Of a stretch of 64,000 bases of DNA, positions 1 through 9,878 are shown in pieces; the stretch's first letter is position 1; every line of letters starts with the position of its first letter. The DNA comes from an uncultured cyanobacterium. Lineage in GTDB: Bacteria; Cyanobacteriota; Cyanobacteriia; Cyanobacteriales; Cyanobacteriaceae. A program made the translations under genes and the position numbers. The stretch is from NCBI GenBank assembly GCA_963749915.1, contig CAVVOP010000019.1:64001-128000 (forward strand), written 5' to 3'. The notes under the pieces were generated by a model. The model was not told the DNA's origin. It searched no databases and saw nothing but the letters and a program-made list of their open reading frames with translations.

Positions 1-30
1 TTTAACTGATATTCAATTTTGCAAGAGGTC

Positions 31-202
31 TATTCTCATTAAAGGTGAAGTTATTGACAATGAGATTTTAATTTGAGCAAAGTTCGCGAATACAAAACGC
101 GAATAAAGAAGATATTGAGTATTATTACTTATATTTTGTCCAAAATAAGTTGCTTGGTTTTAATACTTTTATCATCTTACAAAGTGACGTGCGGAATGTG
201 GG
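31..202 (+). mobile_element. Isolated right end of an IS1634-family element
   Basis: Near-identical to 46387-46558 downstream of the IS1634 transposase, ending in GCGGAATGTGGG. On the left it abuts a different element end (TTTTGCAAGAGGTCTA, 17-32; also seen near 27247). Confidence 0.8.
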
Positions 203-630
203 TTTAAATTTGCCAAAAAATGGGTATATTTCAGATAATTCCTACCTAATCCACGGCTTTCCAAACTATAACTAATATTAGCTTCATCGAGAATCCATTG
301 AGCATAAGTGTTACTATTGGGTCCAGGATAATAACGATAAAGATGATTATAGGGATATTTTGAGGGACTTTCTCTGATAATCTCGGTTAATATTTCCGCG
401 GATTCTCCTTGCCACCGAGTTTCTCGCCAACTGTAACCGTTACCGACGCCTTGGGTAACGGTCATAAGATTTTGATGTAAATGTCCCCAACTTGTGGTTA
501 CCAAATGTTTACTTTGCCAAATTTCCCAACGTTCATGATAGTCATAGTCGAGAATGACAAACCAATAATGTATAGCAATTAAACCTAGGTAGGGAATTTT
601 TGCCGCCCTTAAATCAACTTTTAAATTCAT
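172..630 (-). CDS. DUF3750-like protein; last ~10 codons supplied by the IS end
   Basis: HYWFV, RWEIWQ and YPGPNSNTYAQW motifs; the C-terminal NPHSARHFVR reads out of the IS terminal sequence. Confidence 0.65.
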   Translation of the reverse strand: MNLKVDLRAAKIPYLGLIAIHYWFVILDYDYHERWEIWQSKHLVTTSWGHLHQNLMTVTQGVGNGYSWRETRWQGESAEILTEIIRESPSKYPYNHLYRYYPGPNSNTYAQWILDEANISYSLESRGLGRNYLKYTHFLANLNPHSARHFVR

Positions 631-728
631 AAAAAGGGAAATAATAATGTAGAATGAAATCCGTACTTATTATCACTGATAAGTACAAATAGCAATTTTA
701 GTTGATTCAAACAAACTCGTGAGGAGTA

Positions 729-1364
729 ATGTCTAACCTGATAACAGTATTAACTCGATCTATTAAAGGATCATTAAATCCTAGAAATTGTTTACATTCA
801 TCGGGTTTACTGATAACTACGTTAATTCTAATTATTACTAATAGTTTAGTTCCTGTCAAACTCAAATTAACCCAAGCTCAAACTATTCCTGTTACAGCAT
901 CTTGGCGACAAGCATCTTTCCCCGTCGAGAATTTTCAAGCCTATACTTCTGGTTTTGGCTATAGAATACACCCAGTTACTGGAACCAGACAGTTCCATCA
1001 AGGTTTGGATTTATCCGCCCCTTTAGGCAGTTATGTGCGTAATTGGTGGAGTGGGCGAGTGGTCGAGCTTTCTGATCATACTGCCTGTGGTACTATGATT
1101 AAAATTCAATCAGGAAAATGGACTCATGTTTATTGTCACCTGATGGGTTCTGTAGAAAATACACCTAAAGGTAGAGTCTTAGTTGATCGAAGTGGGGGCA
1201 TTGTATTGTGGCAAGGACAAAGTGTTCCTGCTGGTGCAAGAATAGCTAGAGTGGGGATGACAGGCAGAACCACGGGTCCTCATTTGCACTGGGGACTTAT
1301 GTATAATGGTAAGTATGTTGATCCTGCTAACGTGTTACGTCAAATGTTCGCCCAAAGAATCTAA
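729..1364 (+). CDS. M23 family metallopeptidase
   Basis: HQGLD, YCHL and TGPHLHW motifs; hydrophobic N-terminus. Confidence 0.92.
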   Translation: MSNLITVLTRSIKGSLNPRNCLHSSGLLITTLILIITNSLVPVKLKLTQAQTIPVTASWRQASFPVENFQAYTSGFGYRIHPVTGTRQFHQGLDLSAPLGSYVRNWWSGRVVELSDHTACGTMIKIQSGKWTHVYCHLMGSVENTPKGRVLVDRSGGIVLWQGQSVPAGARIARVGMTGRTTGPHLHWGLMYNGKYVDPANVLRQMFAQRI

Positions 1365-1843
1365 TTTGCCAATAAAAGATCAAAAAAACTATCCTCTAAA
1401 TCGTAACCGAAAATTTGAGCCATGGCTTTAAGTCGGGAATTACCCTTAATATTTTGTTGTTTTAACCAACGATGAAGGGTAAAAGTTTTTGCCATCACAA
1501 AAATATCGAGAGCTTCTGTATTATACTGTATTCCTTCAACGCGGTTAAAGCTGTGAGGAACAAGCATTGCCGCATATCTTGCTAATTCACCATCTCGCCA
1601 GTTAAGACAAAAAGGCAACCAAGGGTAAAGACTATCTAAGGCAATAAACCAAAGTCTTATGTCTGGTATTTCTGACAATTCACGAGGATCGGTTTCTTCT
1701 CTCGGATAATCGATATTGAAAACCAATTGTTGTTCTAATATTAAAATTTCTTGATGTTTTTCTGAGTCTTCAATAACCTTCTCCACAGGAGATAAGTCTA
1801 GTTGTTTAATATGGTTTTGATTAATTTTAATGGTAATAGCCAT
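1361..1843 (-). CDS. crr6: CRR6 family NDH-1 maturation factor (DUF1817)
   Basis: DPRELSEIPDIRLWF..YPWLP and ARYAAMLVPH motifs. Confidence 0.85.
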   Translation of the reverse strand: MAITIKINQNHIKQLDLSPVEKVIEDSEKHQEILILEQQLVFNIDYPREETDPRELSEIPDIRLWFIALDSLYPWLPFCLNWRDGELARYAAMLVPHSFNRVEGIQYNTEALDIFVMAKTFTLHRWLKQQNIKGNSRLKAMAQIFGYDLEDSFFDLLLAN

Positions 1844-1919
1844 GTGGAATAATTGACAATTGAAATTGATAATTGATGGTTAAGGAAGGAGATAACAGAA
1901 AATACTTATTACTTATTAC

Positions 1920-2606
1920 TTATTGTCCATTCCAGACAGGATGAGAAAATAAGGCATTAATGACTCTGACACCGCGCAATTGATTTGACAAGGGTAAATG
2001 TCCCGTTGGTGCACTTAAATCCCAGATAAATTCTTGGGGGTATTTTGTCCATTTATTGCCAGATTTCCACTGTAATTTTTCCCATAATTGTGTATAGTCT
2101 TTTCCTAAAGATAACCATATTTGACGCTGTATTTGATAACCAAATTTTCCTTCTGAATATACTTGCCATAACAAATCTATTATTTTTAAATCTGTGGACG
2201 GAAATTTATCTACTTCGGTGAAATATACCCATTTTCTTTCCAGGGCAGTTTTTCCTGCTAATTCACATAATTTTATCCTTGTGAGTGCGTCGGCTTCTTG
2301 ATATTTTTTATTAATTAATAGTTGCTGTAAATCACTATAATCAATGTTTTTTTCTGATGTTAATTTAACAATCCCCTTCGGAAAATATAGATTTATAAAT
2401 TTCTCATTTTCTTCTTCATTGCTCTGTTTTAATAATTGATAGATTTTACCAGTGACAGGATCGGCTTGATCTTTTTTATTTAAAAAAAACTCTTTTAAAA
2501 ATTGATAGCCATCTTCTCCTTGAGCAATTAGTTCGCTCATGAGTGAGAGTTTATTTTTTTCTGATATTTGCTTAAACTTTTCTTTAAGAGTTTGTAAATC
2601 ATTCAT
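1920..2606 (-). CDS. gun4: GUN4 porphyrin-binding Mg-chelatase activator
   Basis: RKWVYFTEV, DLLWQVYSEGKFG and APTGHLPLSNQLRG motifs, plus N-terminal helical domain. Confidence 0.92.
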   Translation of the reverse strand: MNDLQTLKEKFKQISEKNKLSLMSELIAQGEDGYQFLKEFFLNKKDQADPVTGKIYQLLKQSNEEENEKFINLYFPKGIVKLTSEKNIDYSDLQQLLINKKYQEADALTRIKLCELAGKTALERKWVYFTEVDKFPSTDLKIIDLLWQVYSEGKFGYQIQRQIWLSLGKDYTQLWEKLQWKSGNKWTKYPQEFIWDLSAPTGHLPLSNQLRGVRVINALFSHPVWNGQ

Positions 2607-2755
2607 TTTATTATTAATATTAAAGTTATTTATAAGAAGAAAAGAGCGAATTGTGATAATATTTTTAGAGCTTTTTATCGTTAATTATTTGATTGATGAC
2701 AATTTCTCAAAATACTTGTAGATAAACTCATGATATTTTGGCTGAACTATAAGGT

Positions 2756-3523
2756 TTATAGGGAGAAGATAATAAGATAAATATAAGTGCAGAAAATAGC
2801 AATCATTGCCCCCATAAGAGTATTCAAAATATTGACTATTTCATTAGTTAACCAGTGAAACTTAGTTTGTAAAGTTGCCCCAATTACACTTTCTAAGTTA
2901 GTAGCCACAAAGGCTGATATTAGGCAGATAATTACTCCTATACCGTTAATCATTCCTATACCATAAGCTAAGAAGGCGATCGCAATACTAGCAATAATAC
3001 CAGCAATAGTACCTTCAAGACTCACTGCACCTTCTGTGCCTCTGGGGACGGGTTTAAAAGTGGTAATCAAAAAAGTGCTTTTACCGTAGGCTTTACCTAT
3101 TTCACTGGCACAAGTATCCGATAATTTAGTCGCAAAACTAGCCACATAACCGATCAAAAAAAAATGTTGCCAAGAGGGAGGAGAAAAAACATAACCTAAT
3201 GAGCATATGGTGGCAATTAAGGCACTCCCCCAAACATTTTCAGGCCCCCTTATACCTGATCGTTTTTCGGCGATGCCTTCCGCTTCTTTTTTCTTGATGC
3301 CTACACGAGTAATTCCCGACCCTACCAAAAAATAAAACATGACCACCAAATAACCCTGCCATTGTAAACACCCCCACACAATTACCCCCAAAACCCAGGC
3401 ATGAAGATAACCCATTACGGTTAACAATTTTTTCGGGGAAATCAAAGCGATGATGATGAGAATAGTATTTAAAATAGTGGCAATTAACCAAGCATTAGAC
3501 CAATTAACATTAAGGTTTATCAT
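2756..3523 (-). CDS. TIGR00297/DUF92 membrane protein (VTE6-like)
   Basis: RGPENVWGS, KLSDTCASEIGKAYG and GTEGAVSLEGT motifs. Confidence 0.88.
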   Translation of the reverse strand: MINLNVNWSNAWLIATILNTILIIIALISPKKLLTVMGYLHAWVLGVIVWGCLQWQGYLVVMFYFLVGSGITRVGIKKKEAEGIAEKRSGIRGPENVWGSALIATICSLGYVFSPPSWQHFFLIGYVASFATKLSDTCASEIGKAYGKSTFLITTFKPVPRGTEGAVSLEGTIAGIIASIAIAFLAYGIGMINGIGVIICLISAFVATNLESVIGATLQTKFHWLTNEIVNILNTLMGAMIAIFCTYIYLIIFSL

Positions 3524-3710
3524 AGTTATTTGGCAAGTTTAAAAGATGCTTTTTTGAGGCTAAAAGTTTACTAGCACTTCAATTTACTGGATTAAGTCCT
3601 CCTTGCTTCCCCAATCTCATCAGAGGAATATCCCCTCTAACTAACATTCTTTCTTTTGAAAGAGAGGAAATTAATTTGAGAATTTGAGAAAGCTAGTAAT
3701 TGAATCCTGA

Positions 3711-4259
3711 CTAGATAGCAATGGGTTGAGATAAATAACCGAGTTTTTCTAAACCTTGTAATACTTTATTTACGCTCTCCTCTAATTCTTCTAAGTCAGT
3801 ACGACACTCAATTTCAGCATTAGCTGGTGGCTCATAGGGATCGCTAATACCCGTAAACATTTTAATTTCACCACTACGGGCTTTCTGATACAAACCTTTA
3901 ACGTCTCTGCCTTCACAAACAGAAAGAGGTGCATTCACAAAAACTTCAACGAAGTTACCAATTTTTCCCCTGACTTCTTCTCTAATGGCACGATAAGGAG
4001 AAATAGCCGACACAATAACGATAACACCATTACGGGTAAGTAAATTAGAGACAAAACCGATACGGCGAATATTCTCGTCTCTATCTTCCTTGCTAAAACC
4101 TAATCCTTTTGTTAAGTTAGTGCGAACTATATCACCGTCTAAGACTTCTAATTTGTAGCCTTGTTCTCTTAATTTTAGTTCTACTTGGTGACTAATAGTG
4201 GTTTTCCCCGCACCGCTTAATCCTGTAAACCAAATGGTTACACCTTTTTGTTCCATCAT
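3711..4259 (-). CDS. cysC: Adenylyl-sulfate kinase
   Basis: WFTGLSGAGKTT P-loop, LDGD, RDVKGLY and FTGISDPYE. Confidence 0.97.
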   Translation of the reverse strand: MMEQKGVTIWFTGLSGAGKTTISHQVELKLREQGYKLEVLDGDIVRTNLTKGLGFSKEDRDENIRRIGFVSNLLTRNGVIVIVSAISPYRAIREEVRGKIGNFVEVFVNAPLSVCEGRDVKGLYQKARSGEIKMFTGISDPYEPPANAEIECRTDLEELEESVNKVLQGLEKLGYLSQPIAI

Positions 4260-4509
4260 ATTTATTATATTTATTAACTAGTGGGCTCTAAATATCCCTA
4301 AAGTATTTTACAGGTGAAAGAGGCAATTAACAACTTTATTGTACCTCAATACTGCTCGATTAAGTCCGAAACGACCATTCAGGAGTAATTTTGCAAGTAT
4401 CTATCGAACATTTGTCCCCATATTTGTTCCAGAACGTGTTAAAACCATGACAATTACAATGTTTGATATAAAAAAGAGCTAATGCTAACTCATCTGCTGA
4501 ATGTAGATT

Positions 4510-5265
4510 CTACTTTTTACGTTCGGGAAAATGATCGATTTCGGCAGTGCCATAAAACACGAACTCCTTATCTTTAACCCTAGCACGATCGACTCTTAAT
4601 CGAATGCCATCAAGGGAAAAGTTATCTAAATCCAATAAATTATTAACATGATCAAGAATAGCTTGTCCTAATGCTTGACCTTCATTATTTCCTTGATATT
4701 GAGGGTTAGTAAATTGAATTTTTGTTCTACCTTGTAACTCTAAATCTGTCTTAATATCTATGGTTGTCATTTCCTCACTATCTCCTACTTTTATTTGAGA
4801 TTTAATAGTTAAAGATTTATCCTCATTTACTGTCATTTCCGTATGTTGAAAATGGAGGGGTTTTCCTTGATATTCTAGTCTTTGTAGCTTTTCGATGATA
4901 AAAGGAGTATTAAAGGAAGTGGTTAAATCTTCCTCCGTAAGCACAATCCTCATAGTGGCTTGAGTGGGTTGTCTTAACTTCACTTTACCGCTAAAAATCG
5001 CACTAAAATCGATGGAAACCGCTTGGAGATACAATTCCATCGCCTCTAAGCGTAAACCATTATACATCAACATACCGTTACCAACGAAGTCGAAGCCATC
5101 AACACTCCCTTGTAAAAGTTTGGCTACAGGCTCGACTCTAAGATTCGCTTGTAATTTGCCCGTCTTTTTAAACAAGGCGGCAATAGCTGTTGTTATTGCT
5201 TTGCTGACGATTTGATCGCCACTTTGTCCGGAAAAAGGTAAGCTGCCAAACACAATTGCTGTCAT
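4510..5265 (-). CDS. DUF2993 (LmeA-like) protein
   Basis: KLLQGSVDG, LRQPTQATMRIVLTEEDL and NLLDLDNF motifs typical of cyanobacterial DUF2993. Confidence 0.8.
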   Translation of the reverse strand: MTAIVFGSLPFSGQSGDQIVSKAITTAIAALFKKTGKLQANLRVEPVAKLLQGSVDGFDFVGNGMLMYNGLRLEAMELYLQAVSIDFSAIFSGKVKLRQPTQATMRIVLTEEDLTTSFNTPFIIEKLQRLEYQGKPLHFQHTEMTVNEDKSLTIKSQIKVGDSEEMTTIDIKTDLELQGRTKIQFTNPQYQGNNEGQALGQAILDHVNNLLDLDNFSLDGIRLRVDRARVKDKEFVFYGTAEIDHFPERKK

Positions 5266-5575
5266 CGTCCTGATTTACTTTTACAACTACCTATCTTAAC
5301 ATTAAGAAATATTAAAATAAGTAAATTAATGTTAACAAACTGAGTGTCTAGTTAGGGTTTCGGAGTTCAGGGTTCAGAGTTACAATGTTTTTTGTTCCCT
5401 AAAATAAGGGATACAGAGTTTTTCTTCTTTTTAATGTATTCCAGATATTTCCCCATATAGGTCAGGTAATACAATTATAGGAAATCATAATTCTCAAACC
5501 AAGATTTCCAGGGAATTTACCTTTTCCCTTGTCTCCTCTGGCTTTTGCGATAATAGTTTTCTCAACCACCCCAGT

Positions 5576-6706
5576 TTAGTTTATAAGAGTTTTTACTGTC
5601 AATTCTAAATCTTCCTTGGTGGTATGACGATCGAAACTGAAACGAATACCCTTTACGGCTTCTATTTCTGAGTAACCTATTGCTAACAATACTGGAGAAG
5701 GTAAAGTTCGACCACTACTACAAGCTGAACCAGCACTGATGGCAATATCTTTTAAACTTAATTGTCTGACGATTGTTCTCCCTGTCATGTTTGGAGAGGG
5801 ATGGTTAATGATAAAACTGGCGTGGTGGGGTAAGCGATAATATTTGTCGCCGGTTAGGGATAAATAAGGACATTGAGATAAAATTAAATCAATAAAATAA
5901 TCTCTTAATTCTCTTAATCTGAGGCTTTCCGACTCTATTTCTTTTTGTGCTAGACTGGCGGCCAATCCTAAAGAGGCAATGGCAGGTAGTGCTTGTGTTC
6001 CGCTTCGCAATCCGTTCTCTTGTCCTCCTCCATGACAGAGGGGTTGTAATGGTACATCTTTTCTACAATATAATGCTCCCGCCCCTTGAATACCATAAAA
6101 TTTATGTCCAGAAAGGGATAATAAGTCAACTCCTAAACTGTCAACATCGATGGGTAAACGAGCGACAACTTGCACTGCATCAGTGTGAAATAATGCTTGG
6201 CTATAGTTTTTCGTGATTTTTACCAATTTTTTTATGGGTTGAATTGTGCCAACTTCACTTTGTCCATAGATAATAGATACTAAGACAGTATTAGATTGGA
6301 GGGCATTTTTTAAGTCTTCAGGGTTAACCCTTCCTTCTCGGTTTACAGGCAATTTTGTTACTTGCCAACCCTTTTTCTCCAGAAACTCCACAGGACGAGC
6401 GATGGCCGAATGTTCTACACTAGAGATAATCAAATGTTGCGGGTGTTCATAATTAGAAGTTACGCCAAAAATCGCCAAATTATCAGCCTCTGTGCCACCG
6501 GAAGTAAAGATAATATTATCAGGAGAAGAAGCATTGAGTAAATCTGCCACTTGCCATCTAGCTTTTTCTAGGGTCATAGCCGCCCTTTCCCCCCAAGAAT
6601 GTAAACTGGAAGGATTACCCCAACCTTTTGTTAAAATGTCGGTAACTAATTGGATAACTTCTGCACGGGGTGCAGTGGTGGCACTAGAATCAAGATAGAT
6701 TGGCAT
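5576..6706 (-). CDS. Cysteine desulfurase (NifS/IscS family)
   Basis: YLDSSATT, TSGGTE, HTDAVQ, SGHKFYG (PLP Lys) and SAGSACSS. Confidence 0.95.
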   Translation of the reverse strand: MPIYLDSSATTAPRAEVIQLVTDILTKGWGNPSSLHSWGERAAMTLEKARWQVADLLNASSPDNIIFTSGGTEADNLAIFGVTSNYEHPQHLIISSVEHSAIARPVEFLEKKGWQVTKLPVNREGRVNPEDLKNALQSNTVLVSIIYGQSEVGTIQPIKKLVKITKNYSQALFHTDAVQVVARLPIDVDSLGVDLLSLSGHKFYGIQGAGALYCRKDVPLQPLCHGGGQENGLRSGTQALPAIASLGLAASLAQKEIESESLRLRELRDYFIDLILSQCPYLSLTGDKYYRLPHHASFIINHPSPNMTGRTIVRQLSLKDIAISAGSACSSGRTLPSPVLLAIGYSEIEAVKGIRFSFDRHTTKEDLELTVKTLIN

Positions 6707-6804
6707 TCTTTAACCGTTAACAGTTAATAGTGAATAATTGATAATTAGAACGAATTCAGAGAATATGATAATAGAAGTTTTAGCTTATCCAAAACTGAGA
6801 TTAA

Positions 6805-8088
6805 TTAACCAAATTGTTCGCTAATTTCAAGGTTAAATAAAGTTTGTAATGTTTGTAATGCTTTTCTTCTGGCTTCTATATCCTGTTGTGCCCTCAGTTG
6901 TACCATGGGATCATGCAATATTTTATTGACGATACCTCTGGTTAAAGCTTCGATTACTTCTTGATGTTTTTCGGCAAATTCTGATCCTAATCTTGATAAG
7001 GCTTTCTCTAATTCTTGTTCTCTAATTTCTTCGATTTTACTGCGCAAACAGCTAATAGTAGGCACGGTTTCCAAAGATTGCCACCATAGTTCAAAAGCTT
7101 CGATTTCTTCTTCCAATAATGCCTCGGCTTCCCTTGCCATTTCTCGGCGACTGGCGTGATTTTGGGCAACTACTGCCTTTAAGTCATCCACATTGTAGGA
7201 AACAATAAAGTTCAACTCGGCAACATCACTAGATACATTTCGAGGTACAGAAATATCCACTAACATGATAGACTGAAATACTTCCATGTTCGAAAGATTC
7301 TTTTTATCAAGAATCGGTTGAGTTGCCCCAGTACTTGTAAATACTACGCTAGACTGACTTACTACCATCATCATGTCTTCGAGGGGATGGAGTTGTAAGT
7401 TGACTTGAGGAAATTGCCTGGCTAATTCTTGGGATCGACTAGCGGAACGGTTTACAATGGCAATGTTAGAAACCCCTTTAGAGGCTAGATGTTGCACCAG
7501 TAAACGGGACATTTTTCCAGCACCGATAATAGACACTTTTTGACAGGATAAATCGTCGATTTTCGTATCGACTAATTCCACCGCCGCTGAACTAATAGAT
7601 ACGGCCCCAGTACCGATATTTGTCTCTGTGCGTACTCTTTTTCCCGCACTAATAGCTTGTTTAAATAATCGATCTAGTAATCGCCCCATACCCTGATACT
7701 TGGTGGCTAATTTATGGGTATTTCTTACCTGGGCTAGAATTTGTCCTTCTCCCAACACTAGGCTTTCTAACCCCGCTGAGACGCGCATCAAGTGACGAAT
7801 TGCATCTTGGTGTAAAAGCATAAATAAATGCCTTCTTAATTGTTGTAAAGGAACATGACCAATTTCTGCCAAAAACTGGCTAATTTCTTTGATTCCTTGT
7901 TCTGTTTCTTTTACTATTGCATAAATTTCTAAGCGGTTACAAGTACTCATAATTCCCACTTCTTCAACATGAGGATAGTTAAGAAGATGATGAATAGATT
8001 CTTGGATTTTGGCTTCAGGAATACTCAATTTTTCTCTTACCTCAACCGCGGCGGTTTTATGGGAAAGACCTACTACAATAACGTTCAT
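6805..8088 (-). CDS. hemA: Glutamyl-tRNA reductase
   Basis: [23 protein letters not shown] and DISVPRN. Confidence 0.98.
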   Translation of the reverse strand: MNVIVVGLSHKTAAVEVREKLSIPEAKIQESIHHLLNYPHVEEVGIMSTCNRLEIYAIVKETEQGIKEISQFLAEIGHVPLQQLRRHLFMLLHQDAIRHLMRVSAGLESLVLGEGQILAQVRNTHKLATKYQGMGRLLDRLFKQAISAGKRVRTETNIGTGAVSISSAAVELVDTKIDDLSCQKVSIIGAGKMSRLLVQHLASKGVSNIAIVNRSASRSQELARQFPQVNLQLHPLEDMMMVVSQSSVVFTSTGATQPILDKKNLSNMEVFQSIMLVDISVPRNVSSDVAELNFIVSYNVDDLKAVVAQNHASRREMAREAEALLEEEIEAFELWWQSLETVPTISCLRSKIEEIREQELEKALSRLGSEFAEKHQEVIEALTRGIVNKILHDPMVQLRAQQDIEARRKALQTLQTLFNLEISEQFG

Positions 8089-8270
8089 TTCGTGATCTTA
8101 AGTATAAATAATCTGGTCACTATAAAAATGCTTTCAAACAATTTTAATCATCACTGATGTTGCGGTATTTGGCAATTTCTTCTTAATCTTTTGCAATGAA
8201 ACTTTATATTGCAACGAGTTCCCATTATGGGGAAGACATTAAAATTGTTAATTGTTAATTATTTTGTTAT

Positions 8271-9611
8271 TTATTGTCCTGTAATAGATAAACTATCAAT
8301 CCAAATATAAGGACAAACACCGCCGGGAGTTATTTCGGCTTCCCCTCCCACAAAAATAATCGATTTTAAAAGGTCGAGAAAATCCCCCGCCACCGTTGCG
8401 GCTTCAATGCTGACTTTTTCTCCTTTATTCACTAACCAACCGTCAAAGGGTAATGAAAACGATCCTTGTAAAGAATTAACTCCAGCATGTAAGGCTTGTA
8501 CATCATCGATTAAGATCACATTTTCAGCGCTATCCAAATTATATTCGGTGGTGGGCTCTTGACCACGAAAAACATGATAATAATTCGGGCTAATACTTAC
8601 CTTTGCACCAATACTAGCGTGTCCTGTGGGAGTTGCATTCATTCTTTTGGCGGTGACACTACTATGTAAAAAATTCACTAAAACCCCGTTTTCGATAATT
8701 GGTAAATTGCGAGTAGGTGTGCCCTCGCCGTCAAAGGTTTCCGCACTCACATTCCCCGAATGTAAGGGATTATCACTGACCGACAGTAAGGGGGAGGCGA
8801 TTTCTTGCCCTAAAGACTCCGGTGTAGATAGACTTTGTTTATCGAGAATATTTTGAGCGTTGTAAAGATTATCAAATGCTCCAAGGAGGCTTAAAAAGGC
8901 TTCGGGAGAAAAAACTACTCGATATTTTCCTGATTTTATCCCTTTATAATTGAGATGACTAATGGTTTTGTCAAGGGTTTCTTGATAACAACCATCAATG
9001 TCCAATTTTTGTAGGGTATTGGCTACTTTATACGCCCCACCGCTACGAGGTTTTCTGTCTTCTTGTTCGGTGGTAGTATATAAATAAATAGAGAAAAAGG
9101 AGCGGGTTTCTTCCCTCAATGCACCATCACTATTAAGATAAAATCGTTCTATTTCTTGTTCTGATAATCCATTATAGGGCACAGAGGCGATCGCCTCATG
9201 GGAGTTTAATAAATCCTGTTCAATTTTCAATAGCTTATCAATCAACTCCGAAGCGGGAGAGGCAGGGCCTAATTCGCTGTTTACTGGTGATAAAGGAGAT
9301 TTAGCCTGATTGCTAAAATCGGGAATATGATCAGTAACCCCAAAGTTACTAGCTTCTAAAGCCGTTTTTAAAGCTAATTCAATGCCCACAGGATCAACAT
9401 CCGTAGTTGATGTGACACCAATCTGTTTTTTCTCGTTCCAAACTCTGACAATCACATTAGATTTTTGGGAGGCTTTTACCTGTTTTGGTTCTCCCTGAAA
9501 CACTTGTACGCTAGTTTGATCAGTTGCTGAACCGTATATATCAAATTTTTTTATTCCTAATTGAGAGGCTTTTTCGGTTGCAGTTTGAGCAATAGTCTGA
9601 ACTTTTGACAT
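8271..9611 (-). CDS. TldD/PmbA family protein (TldE-like)
   Basis: FDGEG motif and GSFSLPFDGW; no HExxxH. Confidence 0.88.
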   Translation of the reverse strand: MSKVQTIAQTATEKASQLGIKKFDIYGSATDQTSVQVFQGEPKQVKASQKSNVIVRVWNEKKQIGVTSTTDVDPVGIELALKTALEASNFGVTDHIPDFSNQAKSPLSPVNSELGPASPASELIDKLLKIEQDLLNSHEAIASVPYNGLSEQEIERFYLNSDGALREETRSFFSIYLYTTTEQEDRKPRSGGAYKVANTLQKLDIDGCYQETLDKTISHLNYKGIKSGKYRVVFSPEAFLSLLGAFDNLYNAQNILDKQSLSTPESLGQEIASPLLSVSDNPLHSGNVSAETFDGEGTPTRNLPIIENGVLVNFLHSSVTAKRMNATPTGHASIGAKVSISPNYYHVFRGQEPTTEYNLDSAENVILIDDVQALHAGVNSLQGSFSLPFDGWLVNKGEKVSIEAATVAGDFLDLLKSIIFVGGEAEITPGGVCPYIWIDSLSITGQ

Positions 9612-9878
9612 GATCTAGTTTTTTACTGGTCTTTTGGTCATATTATAACCGATGCTGCTAGGGAATAAATGATCTTAGAATTGCTGACAAAAATGTCAAA
9701 AAATTGGTAAGATTATCCATCTATGATATCTTTTTTCTTCTAATTTTTGTCTAATTCGTAATCAGATGCAATTCATTGTCTAAAGCTGAAAATTTGTCTC
9801 AAACTCTTACACTGTTGCCCGTTCCTCGTTCCTTCCCGACTTCTTCAAGAAGTCTATTAATTGAGAGTATAGTAGTTA

